The notes beneath the pieces are model-generated. The model searched no databases, was not told where the DNA came from, and worked only from the letters and a program-made list of their open reading frames with translations. Source: Anaerolineaceae bacterium (lineage in GTDB: Bacteria; Chloroflexota; Anaerolineae; Anaerolineales; Anaerolineaceae). From it: a DNA stretch of 64,000 nt. Position numbers and translations under genes: made by a program. Position 1 is the stretch's first letter. Each line of letters opens with the position of its first letter. The stretch is from the NCBI GenBank assembly GCA_040772945.1, contig JAXGXE010000001.1, forward strand, positions 1,012,862-1,076,861, written 5' to 3'. Of this stretch, positions 1 through 9,227 are shown one piece after another.

Positions 1-2
1 TG

Positions 3-110
3 GTGCTTGGACCATCGGAAATTGAAAAAGGCTTGGTCGTTGTGAAAGATTTAGTGAGCGGCGATCAACAAGAAGTGCAACGGAAAGACTTGATAACCTT
101 TTTGAGCTAA
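3..110 (+). CDS. C-terminal end of an aminoacyl-tRNA synthetase, most like histidine--tRNA ligase (partial; begins upstream of the window)
   Basis: The frame is open from the window edge and translates VLGPSEIEKGLVVVKDLVSGDQQEVQRKDLITFLS*, with stop TAA at 108-110. The pattern resembles the anticodon-binding C-terminus of HisRS. Only 35 aa are visible. Confidence 0.45.
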   Translation: MLGPSEIEKGLVVVKDLVSGDQQEVQRKDLITFLS

Positions 111-167
111 AAAATTAAGAAAGCTGTTTTGAAGCCAAACAGTGTTTATTGAAAAAGCCTTTCTCAA

Positions 168-1316
168 CTATGGCCTAAAAGATGTTGTTTTTTCTATAAC
201 ATAAGATAGATCATTCTCTGATAAATCGTAAAAGAGGGGTAAGCGTACCAATCGGTCGCTGATATCTTCAGTTACTGGACAATCACCAGCTTGCCCACCA
301 AATTGTTGTCCCATATCAGAAAGATGTAACGGCAGGTAATGGAATACCGTTACAATGTTTTGTGATTGCATCCACTCAATAAAGCGCGTGCGACTATCAA
401 GATTGGGCATCAGTAGGTAGTAAATATGGCCTGGATGTTCGCAATGATTGGGTATGTATGGCTGAAGAATAGCATTGTCATTCGCCCATTTTTTTAGCTC
501 GCTGTGATAAGTGTTCCAGATAGCTAAGCGTTTTGCTTGTATTTTGTCTTTGGATTCAAGCTGCGCCAGTAAAACAGCGGCAATAAGCTCAGACGGAAGG
601 TAGCTTGAGCCAATATCTACCCATGAGTATTTATCAATTTGACCTCTAAAGAAGCGGCTACGGTTTGTGCCTTTCTCGCGAATTATTTCAGCACGTTCAA
701 TAAACTTGAGGTCATTGATGAGCAAGGCACCGCCTTCGCCGGTGCTAATGTTCTTGGTTTCATGAAAACTTTGCGTCGCGAGGGGGCTAAGGGTTCCAAG
801 GTTTCTGCCTTTGTATTTGCCAAAAAGTCCATGGGCATTATCTTCAATGACAACGAGCTTGTGCTTAGCGGCAAGATCGTTTATCACGTCCATTTCACAG
901 GCTACTCCAGCGTAATGAACGACGACAATGGCTTTCGTTTTAGGGGTTATTAAAGCTTCAACTTTAGATTCGTCAATGTTAAGTGTGTCTGGACGTATAT
1001 CAGCGAAAACAGGTTTTGCGCCTCTTAAGACATATGCATTTACGGTAGATACGAAGGTGAAAGATGGCACAATAACCTCATCACCCGGCTTTAGGTCCAA
1101 AAGAATTGCGGTCATCTCTAAGGCGTGTGTACAACTGGTCGTTAACAGGGCTTTCTTTGCATGCGTAAGAGATTCGAGTAAAGCACTGGCCTTGCGGGTG
1201 AAAGGTCCGTCACCTGATAAATGACCTGATTGCAAAGCCTGAGAGATATATGTCTCAGATTCGGGAATATAAGCTGGGCTGTTGTATGGAATTCTATTCT
1301 TCATTTTCACACTCAA
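168..1316 (-). CDS. wecE: WecE/DegT-type PLP-dependent dTDP-4-keto-6-deoxyhexose aminotransferase
   Basis: 382-aa ORF that is colinear, from memory, with E. coli WecE (SGDGPFTRK, SFTFVSTVNAYVLRGAKPVF, HYAGVACEMD, SFHETKN, IIREKGTNRSRFFRGQIDKYSWVDIGSSYL). The track start is TTG; the first ATG is at 1304. Confidence 0.85.
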   Translation of the reverse strand: MSVKMKNRIPYNSPAYIPESETYISQALQSGHLSGDGPFTRKASALLESLTHAKKALLTTSCTHALEMTAILLDLKPGDEVIVPSFTFVSTVNAYVLRGAKPVFADIRPDTLNIDESKVEALITPKTKAIVVVHYAGVACEMDVINDLAAKHKLVVIEDNAHGLFGKYKGRNLGTLSPLATQSFHETKNISTGEGGALLINDLKFIERAEIIREKGTNRSRFFRGQIDKYSWVDIGSSYLPSELIAAVLLAQLESKDKIQAKRLAIWNTYHSELKKWANDNAILQPYIPNHCEHPGHIYYLLMPNLDSRTRFIEWMQSQNIVTVFHYLPLHLSDMGQQFGGQAGDCPVTEDISDRLVRLPLFYDLSENDLSYVIEKTTSFRP

Positions 1317-1334
1317 TAAGGCTAAAAAAGACTT

Positions 1335-1730
1335 TTATCTGGAGGCAATCCATAATCCAATACAGACTATTATAACGCCTAACCAACGTGTCCAGGGCAC
1401 AGCTTCTCTAAAGACAAGGGGAGATAAAGCGAGAACGAGCACAATTGCCAGACCCATAAATGGGTAGGCTGAACTAATATCGATCATTGATAGGGCAGTC
1501 ATCCACATAATCGAAGCAATTACTGCACTTAACAAACCAGCAAGAAGTTTGATATTTGTAAACGCTGTTATCAGATAGGGAATAATTTCCCGCGCTGTTT
1601 TGGGAAATGTAGCAAATTGAGATGTGGCACTTTTTACCAAAAGTTGGCCGATAACAGTAAAAAGAATCGTTAATGCGATAAAGATGTACGGTGTCATTTT
1701 ATTTTTTACCTGCTTGCTTTTATTGATCAT
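1335..1730 (-). CDS. Small four-helix membrane protein, EamA/SMR-like (ArnE/ArnF-type flippase subunit candidate)
   Basis: 131 aa, almost entirely hydrophobic helices. It lies between the sugar-modifying enzymes and the GT2/GT-C genes. Function is inferred from context only. An alternative start is MTPYIF at 1697. Confidence 0.5.
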   Translation of the reverse strand: MINKSKQVKNKMTPYIFIALTILFTVIGQLLVKSATSQFATFPKTAREIIPYLITAFTNIKLLAGLLSAVIASIMWMTALSMIDISSAYPFMGLAIVLVLALSPLVFREAVPWTRWLGVIIVCIGLWIASR

Positions 1731-1757
1731 TACTAAGAGTATTATTCTTGATTTAGA

Positions 1758-2495
1758 TTAATCAAACCACTTATGAAAGGTATGATTGGATTTGTAAACA
1801 GTAAAATTAAGTCTAGTGCAAGTATTGATTACTGGCTTGTTTATGAGGATTGTTGAGTTAAGCACTTTTGCCGCTCCGGCTGCTTTGGACCATCGTAATC
1901 CTTCAATGACAAAACCTTGATAAATGCCACGATTTCTCATTTCGGGCAATACAGCAGCTAAAATAAACTCGGCTTCAATGGGTGAATTGAGCCGAATGGC
2001 TCTGAAACCGACTATTCTTTTATCAACTTTGGCAACCATCACATGACTTGCTACTTTTGGATTTCGACAACAGTTCTCTGCCCATGAGCTATAAACCTCT
2101 GTAGCTTTAACGATATCTAAACGAGGATCTACATGGTAGTGACCTTTATGGGTCGAAAATGATTTTCTTGCGACTGAAACAAGTTCATCAATATCTGTGT
2201 GCATTAATGGCTCGATTGTGTACGTGAACGGCTTATAGTCAGGAATAAAGTTGTTTTGTAGCTCATGACAGAGATAAACGACGGTATCCATTAGATGGAA
2301 GCCTTCTGACTGCATTGCGTGAACTGCGGATATATCCTTTGTAGAGCATCTGGCGATTAAAAATTTCACGGTGTTTTCATGGCAAAAATCGATGATTTCT
2401 GGCAATGAATCAGCGTTTACATCATTAGCACGGGCGGATACGATGCCAAAACGTTCGGTGTCAAGTGGCGAAAGGCTAATCAAGTCAATTGTCAT
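1758..2495 (-). CDS. WecD-like GNAT N-acetyltransferase (dTDP-4-amino-4,6-dideoxyhexose acetyltransferase candidate)
   Basis: 245 aa with a two-domain layout like E. coli WecD as I recall it: an N-terminal ..L..ERFG.. segment and a C-terminal GNAT core (VGFRAIRL, EMRNRGIYQGF). Its stop is adjacent to wecE and it overlaps the GT2 gene by 11 nt. Confidence 0.6.
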   Translation of the reverse strand: MTIDLISLSPLDTERFGIVSARANDVNADSLPEIIDFCHENTVKFLIARCSTKDISAVHAMQSEGFHLMDTVVYLCHELQNNFIPDYKPFTYTIEPLMHTDIDELVSVARKSFSTHKGHYHVDPRLDIVKATEVYSSWAENCCRNPKVASHVMVAKVDKRIVGFRAIRLNSPIEAEFILAAVLPEMRNRGIYQGFVIEGLRWSKAAGAAKVLNSTILINKPVINTCTRLNFTVYKSNHTFHKWFD

Positions 2496-3432
2496 TTAAA
2501 ACCTCGGTACTGTTTTCTTGCTGGCGAATAATGTAAGTGGGTTGACCAAATGTTTTTGAGAATAGTCTGCCTAAATATTCACCAATCATGCCAATTGCGA
2601 ACAACTGTACCCCTGAAAAAATAGCGACAATTGAGGCAAGGAAAGTAAATCCAGGAACAACTCCACCACTCCGAAAAAACTTAACAAATACATAAATCAA
2701 TACCGCGATTCCAAAAAGTATCGATCCAAAGCCTAAAAAACTCGAAAACTGGAGAGGTAAAATGCTAAAACCCGTAATTAGAGTTAATGCATGGTTCAAA
2801 AGCTTCTTTAAGGTATATTGCGACTTCCCTGATAATCTAAGGTTATGTTTGGTTTTTACTGAGGCGAAATGTGTTGTTCCCCAGGATAAAAGTACATCAA
2901 TTGACACGAAAGTACCTTTGTATTCAGCGAAAGAATCCCGTAATTGTGTATGGAATGCCCTGTAAGCTGATATTTCCTGGGCTTTAGAAACCTGCATAGC
3001 TTTTTTGAGGATTAATTTAATAAGTTTTGAAGTGATATTACGCCATAAGCTGTGTTTTTCTTCTTGGGGAACGCTGTAAACAACATCATATCCTTGTTGA
3101 AGCTTTTCCAAGAGCTGAGGAATTGTCTCTGGAGGATGTTGCAAATCATCATCCAGAGTGATAATAATCTCACCCGATGCCTTTCTGATACCACAGAGGA
3201 GGGCGTTGTGTTGTCCAAAGTTACGAACAAGATCAAAAGCGCGAATGTTTGGGTATTTGCTTGATAAATCTTTGATTGTTTGCCAACTTTTGTCATGGCT
3301 GCCATCATTCACTAAAATAATTTCATAAGGATTTGACAGGGTTGAAAGGACAGTTGTTAAGCTTTGGATGAGAGGAGGCAGGTTATCCTGGCTATTATAA
3401 ATAGGGATTACAATTGAAAGTTTCTTGTTCAT
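2485..3432 (-). CDS. Family-2 glycosyltransferase, polyprenyl-phosphate sugar synthase type (ArnC/GtrB/DPM1-like)
   Basis: GT-A motifs SIVIPIYNS, VNDGSHD and LDDDLQHPPE, plus two C-terminal transmembrane helices. A GAGG Shine-Dalgarno precedes the ATG. Confidence 0.85.
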   Translation of the reverse strand: MNKKLSIVIPIYNSQDNLPPLIQSLTTVLSTLSNPYEIILVNDGSHDKSWQTIKDLSSKYPNIRAFDLVRNFGQHNALLCGIRKASGEIIITLDDDLQHPPETIPQLLEKLQQGYDVVYSVPQEEKHSLWRNITSKLIKLILKKAMQVSKAQEISAYRAFHTQLRDSFAEYKGTFVSIDVLLSWGTTHFASVKTKHNLRLSGKSQYTLKKLLNHALTLITGFSILPLQFSSFLGFGSILFGIAVLIYVFVKFFRSGGVVPGFTFLASIVAIFSGVQLFAIGMIGEYLGRLFSKTFGQPTYIIRQQENSTEVLNDN

Positions 3433-3446
3433 AGATTTACCTCTAT

Positions 3447-5519
3447 TTAATCACATTTCCACAATTGTATCAAACTGTCTTTCTCAGACTTCAGTTCTTT
3501 GTTAAGGTTTTGCACACTTTGCCATATATTACAAAGTCCTTGTTTGGTGAAATGATTGGCGATATTAATATTACGGCTTAATTCTAACGCAGTATTATAA
3601 TCTTTAAGGTGAATGTGTGCGTTTATTAGTGGTAGCCACTCACTTTCATCTTTTGGCAAAAAACCTTTTTCGATTGCAAGTTCAAAATAATGAATTACAT
3701 TTCTCCAGTCCTTAATTTGCTCATTGAGGGAAGCTTTCTGGTAATAGTAGCACCATTGATCAAGCGAAACTTCACCAAAGTATTCAAATGGTAAAGACGG
3801 ACTGGTTGAATTGGTCTTGATAAGCCCCAAATTGGAAAGTGGAATCATCCTTTCCCATAACCATGCATACCTTATTCCTTCAAAAATTTTGCTATCGGTT
3901 TCTGGTGATAACACATGTAGGCAGCCATCTGGAGGCATATAGATGACGATTGAATCTGAAGTGTTACCTATAAAGCGAAACACCCTGAATTTTTTATTGA
4001 TGTTTTGATTTGGGATTAGGTCTGGCATTGTTTCCATTTGGGGTGTTGCCGTTAAAAAGACTTGGTATGGAATCGGATTGTCTTTGAGTTCAGGGGAATA
4101 AATCATATTAAGCGGTGCAGTTAAGGAAGGTCCGGAAAAATAAAGATCAAATGGCAAAGTTGTAGACATGAGGAGTGTGCCGGGCTCTATTCCAGGCGCC
4201 CGCCACGTGAGCTGAGCAAAAAAGTCTTTTTGTTCGTCCCAGGCTTTCTTAAAAGTAAAGCCATTAACAATATTGGCACCTATAGAAAATGTAATGATAA
4301 GAGCCACGAAAACGTATCGTGCTTTTTTATTAAAAAACAAAAACTCTGCAAAGGAAACCAAAACTATTGAAGATCCAATGCTTAATGGTAGAAGAAAACG
4401 ATTTGATTGAAACGAAAGATTTACGTTCAAATCTCCAACCATGAAAGGAATTAGTCCAACCAAGACTGCATAAGAACCCCATCCCATCATTCCCAATGCT
4501 TTCGATTGTGTTTGTGGAGTATATTCAGATTTCTTAATTTTAAAGAAGAGAAAAAGTGTCAATAAAAAGCTTAACAAAATTAAACAAAATAGTACAACGG
4601 TATCATGAGAATTGGTGAATTTATTGAAAATTAAGCCTAATTCAAGCCAAACGTTTATCAAACTCTCTGATAATCCTTCGAGTATCCTGATGGCAAGGTC
4701 AAAGATTGCGCTAAATGGTGAAGAAAATAAATTATCAAAAAAAGAAGCTTGATGTGTATAGTTATGGGCATTTAGCATTCTAAACAATGTGAACCCAACA
4801 ACAACAAAAAAATAAGGCAACCAGATTTTGAAAGTTATTAATAATCTGGGTTTAACCTTATGTGTATCAGATGTTAATGCAAGGTAAATCAAGACGGGGC
4901 GAACAAATTCCAGTCCATAATAAAGTTCCATCGGAGCAATTCCAATGAATTGACAAATTAAAGATAGGATGATGAAGAGTATTTTTTGCTTTGGCTTTCG
5001 GTAAGCCAGAATCATAAAAATATAGGATAGAAAATAGATAGCAAAGATAACATAATTTTGTCCATACATAACCGGGAAATAATGGAATTTGAATCCAGGA
5101 TATACCAAAAATAATGCTGCCACAGCGAATGTAAACCACTTTTTGTCAGGAAACAGAATGCGAAGCAATGCCCAAAAGGATAAGGCAGATAGCCATTTGG
5201 TAAAGATTGCGAAGAGTTGCCAGCCTATCAAAGAATCTTTGAATATGGGTATGAAGACTCTGTAAATATACGAAAAAAGTGGTCGATCGCCGGCGAAAAA
5301 ATCAACGAATTTTTCAGCGCCAAAAGTTCGATAAGTCCAGGCTATATACCAGTCATCGAGAAAGAATCCCATCCTTCCTGTTGTGACCCCATAGCTTGAT
5401 AAGGCGAGGATTAGTAAAGCTGAACCGTATAATAATAAATGCTTGAAGTTCTTTTTTGCCAATTGTGTTTTCCTTTTAGTCCCATAATAATTGGGCAATC
5501 TGTTCGTGAGGATGTCCAA
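3447..5519 (-). CDS. Large polytopic GT-C-type glycosyltransferase (ArnT/PMT-like) with a soluble helical C-terminal domain
   Basis: 690 aa. There are many hydrophobic segments over roughly the first 450 aa and an acidic DD motif in the first loop (GFFLDDWY). The soluble tail looks TPR-like. The start is TTG. I cannot assign a family by eye. Confidence 0.6.
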   Translation of the reverse strand: MDILTNRLPNYYGTKRKTQLAKKNFKHLLLYGSALLILALSSYGVTTGRMGFFLDDWYIAWTYRTFGAEKFVDFFAGDRPLFSYIYRVFIPIFKDSLIGWQLFAIFTKWLSALSFWALLRILFPDKKWFTFAVAALFLVYPGFKFHYFPVMYGQNYVIFAIYFLSYIFMILAYRKPKQKILFIILSLICQFIGIAPMELYYGLEFVRPVLIYLALTSDTHKVKPRLLITFKIWLPYFFVVVGFTLFRMLNAHNYTHQASFFDNLFSSPFSAIFDLAIRILEGLSESLINVWLELGLIFNKFTNSHDTVVLFCLILLSFLLTLFLFFKIKKSEYTPQTQSKALGMMGWGSYAVLVGLIPFMVGDLNVNLSFQSNRFLLPLSIGSSIVLVSFAEFLFFNKKARYVFVALIITFSIGANIVNGFTFKKAWDEQKDFFAQLTWRAPGIEPGTLLMSTTLPFDLYFSGPSLTAPLNMIYSPELKDNPIPYQVFLTATPQMETMPDLIPNQNINKKFRVFRFIGNTSDSIVIYMPPDGCLHVLSPETDSKIFEGIRYAWLWERMIPLSNLGLIKTNSTSPSLPFEYFGEVSLDQWCYYYQKASLNEQIKDWRNVIHYFELAIEKGFLPKDESEWLPLINAHIHLKDYNTALELSRNINIANHFTKQGLCNIWQSVQNLNKELKSEKDSLIQLWKCD

Positions 5520-5611
5520 TATTTAAAAATGAGTGTGAATCAGCCACAAACTAAAAGAAAGTGTAATTGCAAAATTTCGGTTGTCAAGTCTTTAGAGAAT
5601 GAATAAGCGAG

Positions 5612-5627
5612 CAAAGAAAATGAGCTT
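5612..5627. repeat. 16-bp direct repeat CAAAGAAAATGAGCTT (copy 1 of 3), left flank of ISNCY-like copy 1
   Basis: The identical 16-mer occurs at 5612-5627, 9212-9227 and 10626-10641, each directly abutting an end of the ISNCY-like element. Confidence 0.9.
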
Positions 5628-7025
5628 TGTCAAGGCTAAATAGAAATGTCCTATTGCTGGCAAGTTAGAAATGTCCTAATTGATTATCATTGTTGTCAAA
5701 ATGGGTTTTCCATTTAGCTTCTTTCCATAGGTTCTCCATGGGTGATTGTAAGCTGGTGGTTCTGGTTTTGCCTTGGGAGCAGCACTTGCTGTTATCTGAC
5801 TCTGTTTGGGTCTTTTTTCAATTTCTTCCAGTTCTAAGGCATTCCCATCTAACCAAGCAGTAATCTCACCATTACTGTCTTGAGTAACCAGTACTTCCCG
5901 TTTTTGAAAGTTATATACTGGGCGTTGGGTTTTGATTTGATAAATTTTGCCATCATAGTGAACCTGTAGTGTTTTCGTGATAATCCGAAAGTCATGTACA
6001 GAAAACAAAAAGTCCAGATCCTCGGTTTCATCCAGTGGGCGATGACGGTCAAAACTTTCAATCGGTTTTATAGCAAATCTTCGGTTATAGTCTGCAATGA
6101 ACTCTGGTAAGTATGCGTTTGCCGCGTCATAATTATCAATGCCAAGCAAACGCATTTCTTTGATTAAGCGGTCTTGCAGTGTTCCGTTACATCTCTCTAC
6201 CCTGCCTTTTGCTTCCGGAGAATAGGCATACGTTATTTCAATATCCAAGACCGACAATGCCCTTTGAAACTGGGTAACACTCTCTTCTCCTGTCTTTTTA
6301 GGTCTGGGACTGCGAAATACACTAAACCGGTCACAATAAAAGCCTACCGGTAATCCCCAGGTTCTAAAATAGCTTTTGCATAACTTGCCATAGCTAAAGA
6401 AACTTTCTTCCGTCGCAAATTCTGCTGCCAGTATTTCACTGGTGGCATCATCGACAAATACCAACAGCGTTGCCTTTGGCCCACGTTCCTCCAGCCAGGC
6501 GTGTTCTGAACCGTCAATTTGCACCAGTTCTCCACGACAAACACGTCGTGGGCGGGCAGAATGGATCTTTTCTCTTTTCTTGCTTTTTGCTTTCCATACA
6601 CCGCATACTATCATCTCTTTTCGCACGGTTTCTTTGCTTAGTTTGATGCCTTCTATTTCTTCCAGCTTTTCTGCCATAAAGGTTGGCCCAAAGCCTTTTA
6701 CTATTGGGTCACAGATGAATTCCCTGACCTTCTTCAGCGTCTCTTCATCCGTTTTTCGGTTACTGCTTCGGCCTCGTTTTCTGGACACCAAACCTGCATC
6801 GCCTTCCTGGCGATAACGTTTCAAAATCCGCCTGAAGTGACGTTCTGTTATATGTAGCTTTTCAGCCGCTTCTTTTTGTGTCATGCGTTTGTCCATTACA
6901 CGGTCTATAACCGTTTTTCGGATTAGTTCTTTTGTGCTCATTTCTAATGTTCTGTTCATAGCTCCTAATCTTAATTAGGACATTTCTACTTTGCTACTTT
7001 AGGACATTATCACTTTGCTCTGACA
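5628..7025 (-). mobile_element. ISNCY/IS1202-like insertion sequence, copy 1 (1398 bp)
   Basis: Imperfect terminal inverted repeats of about 53 bp: TGTCAAGGCTAAATAGAAATGTCCTA.. versus the reverse complement of the other end, TGTCAGAGCAAAGTGATAATGTCCTA... One 427-aa transposase ORF. Identical to copy 2, exactly 3600 bp downstream. Confidence 0.85.
5676..6959 (-). CDS. ISNCY (IS1202 group)-type DDE transposase
   Basis: 427 aa. The N-terminal HTH (KELIRKTVIDRVMDKRMTQKEAAEKLHITERHFRRILKRYRQEGDAGLVSRKRGRSSNRK) is typical of ISNCY transposases as I recall them. An rve-like DDE core follows. Confidence 0.75.
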   Translation of the reverse strand: MNRTLEMSTKELIRKTVIDRVMDKRMTQKEAAEKLHITERHFRRILKRYRQEGDAGLVSRKRGRSSNRKTDEETLKKVREFICDPIVKGFGPTFMAEKLEEIEGIKLSKETVRKEMIVCGVWKAKSKKREKIHSARPRRVCRGELVQIDGSEHAWLEERGPKATLLVFVDDATSEILAAEFATEESFFSYGKLCKSYFRTWGLPVGFYCDRFSVFRSPRPKKTGEESVTQFQRALSVLDIEITYAYSPEAKGRVERCNGTLQDRLIKEMRLLGIDNYDAANAYLPEFIADYNRRFAIKPIESFDRHRPLDETEDLDFLFSVHDFRIITKTLQVHYDGKIYQIKTQRPVYNFQKREVLVTQDSNGEITAWLDGNALELEEIEKRPKQSQITASAAPKAKPEPPAYNHPWRTYGKKLNGKPILTTMIIN

Positions 7026-7038
7026 CAATTCTTCCAAA

Positions 7039-8104
7039 TGTAGGATTGTCAAACATGTTGGACAGTCTGAGATAAAAATTGAATAGGTGATAAGAACTTC
7101 AATGGTCGCATCGGTATATGGTTACTGCGCTGGTTGTGTCTTCTCAGTTGTCTTTTGAAATCCTCAAATGAATAGAATGTTGATTTGTTATAGAAACGTT
7201 TTTGATCCTCCTTATGGCTTCTCTCTACTTTCCCATTGTGTCTGGGCGTGTAGGGTCTGATTAGTTTATGCTTTATTCCTTTATCGCGTAAGACAGCCTC
7301 AAACAAACTTAGATTATCCTCGTCTTTCGTTCTAAGAAAGCGTTTGGTGAATTCAAAGCCATTATCGGTCTGCACACATTCAACCTCAATCTCTCTGCTC
7401 TTGAACCAGGCAATGGCGTGTTCGATAAAAACAGCCGAGGAAAAAGTATCTGCTGTCTGAAAACCTTCCAGGTATCTCAAACGACTAAACTCATCAATAG
7501 CGGTGTATTGATAGTAGCGTTCCCAGTTTTCATCAACAATACACGCTTTAGGAACGACTTTTACGTCTACTTGTATTCTTTGCCCAGGATATTGCATCTG
7601 TTCATAGGCTTGTGCTTTGTATGGTTTCTTTTTGTTCTTCTTTTGTCTAAGCAGCCCTTCCCGTCGTAAAACCCTAAATAGGCTGACATAATGGCGACGA
7701 TAACCTTGTTTTCTGAGTTTGAACCAAAGTTCATATAAACCCAGGTCTTTATTTCGTTTGTGATAGCGACGGATCAAGGCTATCTCTTCCGGACTGTGTT
7801 GATTTGGGTGATGTTTGGGTCTTCTTGACCGACAGGCTAAGGATCTAATATCCCCATCATAGCGTTTGAGCCAAAAGTAAATATAGCTGCGACATCTGTT
7901 ATATTTCCTGGACGCTTTAGTTACTCCATGATTGAGGGCATATTTGACCAAAGAATGTCGATATTTCATGTCTTGTGTTATCTTATCCATAGCAGGTTGT
8001 GGTTTCTCCTTTTTGTTTTGTTTGTGCGCAATAACAATAACGGATACTTCCATTTCCTGCTATTCTTTTTTCATACACTGTCCAATATGTAGTGTAATCC
8101 TACA
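7039..8104 (-). mobile_element. IS481-family-like insertion sequence, copy A (1066 bp)
   Basis: The terminal inverted repeats TGTAGGATTGTCAAACATGTTGGACAGT and TGTAGGATTACACTACATATTGGACAGT (reverse complement of the far end) match at about 23 of 30 positions. One transposase ORF. Confidence 0.85.
7049..8053 (-). CDS. IS481-family DDE (integrase-core) transposase
   Basis: 334-aa ORF with an HTH followed by an rve-type core (QVDVK.., YTAIDEFSR, VQTDNGFEF, RPYTPRHNGKVERSH). The real start may be MDKITQDM at 7990. Confidence 0.8.
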   Translation of the reverse strand: MEVSVIVIAHKQNKKEKPQPAMDKITQDMKYRHSLVKYALNHGVTKASRKYNRCRSYIYFWLKRYDGDIRSLACRSRRPKHHPNQHSPEEIALIRRYHKRNKDLGLYELWFKLRKQGYRRHYVSLFRVLRREGLLRQKKNKKKPYKAQAYEQMQYPGQRIQVDVKVVPKACIVDENWERYYQYTAIDEFSRLRYLEGFQTADTFSSAVFIEHAIAWFKSREIEVECVQTDNGFEFTKRFLRTKDEDNLSLFEAVLRDKGIKHKLIRPYTPRHNGKVERSHKEDQKRFYNKSTFYSFEDFKRQLRRHNQRSNHIPMRPLKFLSPIQFLSQTVQHV

Positions 8105-8130
8105 TTTTTACAATCCTGTCAGAGCAAAGT
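8105..8130. repeat. 26-bp junction scar between IS481-like copies A and B
   Basis: The sequence is TTTTTACAATCCTGTCAGAGCAAAGT. Positions 8117-8130 are the reverse complement of the last 14 nt of the ISNCY-like element (ACTTTGCTCTGACA). Positions 8109-8117 are the reverse complement of AGGATTGTA, which matches the inner part of the IS481-like left inverted repeat. Confidence 0.8.
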
Positions 8131-9196
8131 TGTAGGATTGTCAAACATGTTGGACAGTCTGAGATAAAAATTGAATAGGTGATAAGAACTTCAATGGTCG
8201 CATCGGTATATGGTTACTGCGCTGGTTGTGTCTTCTCAGTTGTCTTTTGAAATCCTCAAATGAATAGAATGTTGATTTGTTATAGAAACGTTTTTGATCC
8301 TCCTTATGGCTTCTCTCTACTTTCCCATTGTGTCTGGGCGTGTAGGGTCTGATTAGTTTATGCTTTATTCCTTTATCGCGTAAGACAGCCTCAAACAAAC
8401 TTAGATTATCCTCGTCTTTCGTTCTAAGAAAGCGTTTGGTGAATTCAAAGCCATTATCGGTCTGCACACATTCAACCTCAATCTCTCTGCTCTTGAACCA
8501 GGCAATGGCGTGTTCGATAAAAACAGCCGAGGAAAAAGTATCTGCTGTCTGAAAACCTTCCAGGTATCTCAAACGACTAAACTCATCAATAGCGGTGTAT
8601 TGATAGTAGCGTTCCCAGTTTTCATCAACAATACACGCTTTAGGAACGACTTTTACGTCTACTTGTATTCTTTGCCCAGGATATTGCATCTGTTCATAGG
8701 CTTGTGCTTTGTATGGTTTCTTTTTGTTCTTCTTTTGTCTAAGCAGCCCTTCCCGTCGTAAAACCCTAAATAGGCTGACATAATGGCGACGATAACCTTG
8801 TTTTCTGAGTTTGAACCAAAGTTCATATAAACCCAGGTCTTTATTTCGTTTGTGATAGCGACGGATCAAGGCTATCTCTTCCGGACTGTGTTGATTTGGG
8901 TGATGTTTGGGTCTTCTTGACCGACAGGCTAAGGATCTAATATCCCCATCATAGCGTTTGAGCCAAAAGTAAATATAGCTGCGACATCTGTTATATTTCC
9001 TGGACGCTTTAGTTACTCCATGATTGAGGGCATATTTGACCAAAGAATGTCGATATTTCATGTCTTGTGTTATCTTATCCATAGCAGGTTGTGGTTTCTC
9101 CTTTTTGTTTTGTTTGTGCGCAATAACAATAACGGATACTTCCATTTCCTGCTATTCTTTTTTCATACACTGTCCAATATGTAGTGTAATCCTACA
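8131..9196 (-). mobile_element. IS481-family-like insertion sequence, copy B (1066 bp, identical to A)
   Basis: Same ends and the same ORF as copy A, displaced by 1092 bp. Confidence 0.85.
8141..9145 (-). CDS. IS481-family DDE transposase (identical to 7049-8053)
   Basis: The 334-aa translation is identical in the ORF track. Confidence 0.8.
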   Translation of the reverse strand: MEVSVIVIAHKQNKKEKPQPAMDKITQDMKYRHSLVKYALNHGVTKASRKYNRCRSYIYFWLKRYDGDIRSLACRSRRPKHHPNQHSPEEIALIRRYHKRNKDLGLYELWFKLRKQGYRRHYVSLFRVLRREGLLRQKKNKKKPYKAQAYEQMQYPGQRIQVDVKVVPKACIVDENWERYYQYTAIDEFSRLRYLEGFQTADTFSSAVFIEHAIAWFKSREIEVECVQTDNGFEFTKRFLRTKDEDNLSLFEAVLRDKGIKHKLIRPYTPRHNGKVERSHKEDQKRFYNKSTFYSFEDFKRQLRRHNQRSNHIPMRPLKFLSPIQFLSQTVQHV

Positions 9197-9227
9197 CACT
9201 TTGCTCTGACACAAAGAAAATGAGCTT
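9197..9227. repeat. 15-bp remnant of the ISNCY-like right end (CACTTTGCTCTGACA) followed by 16-bp direct repeat copy 2
   Basis: Positions 9197-9211 equal 7011-7025. Positions 9212-9227 equal 5612-5627. Confidence 0.85.

Noticed and set aside
7988-8053. 21-codon N-terminal extension (MEVSVIVIAHKQNKKEKPQPA) of the IS481-like transposase in copies A and B
   Set aside because: I cannot decide by eye which start is used. Copy C retains only the MDKITQDM start, and the extension is low-complexity. I reported the track coordinates and flagged the alternative.
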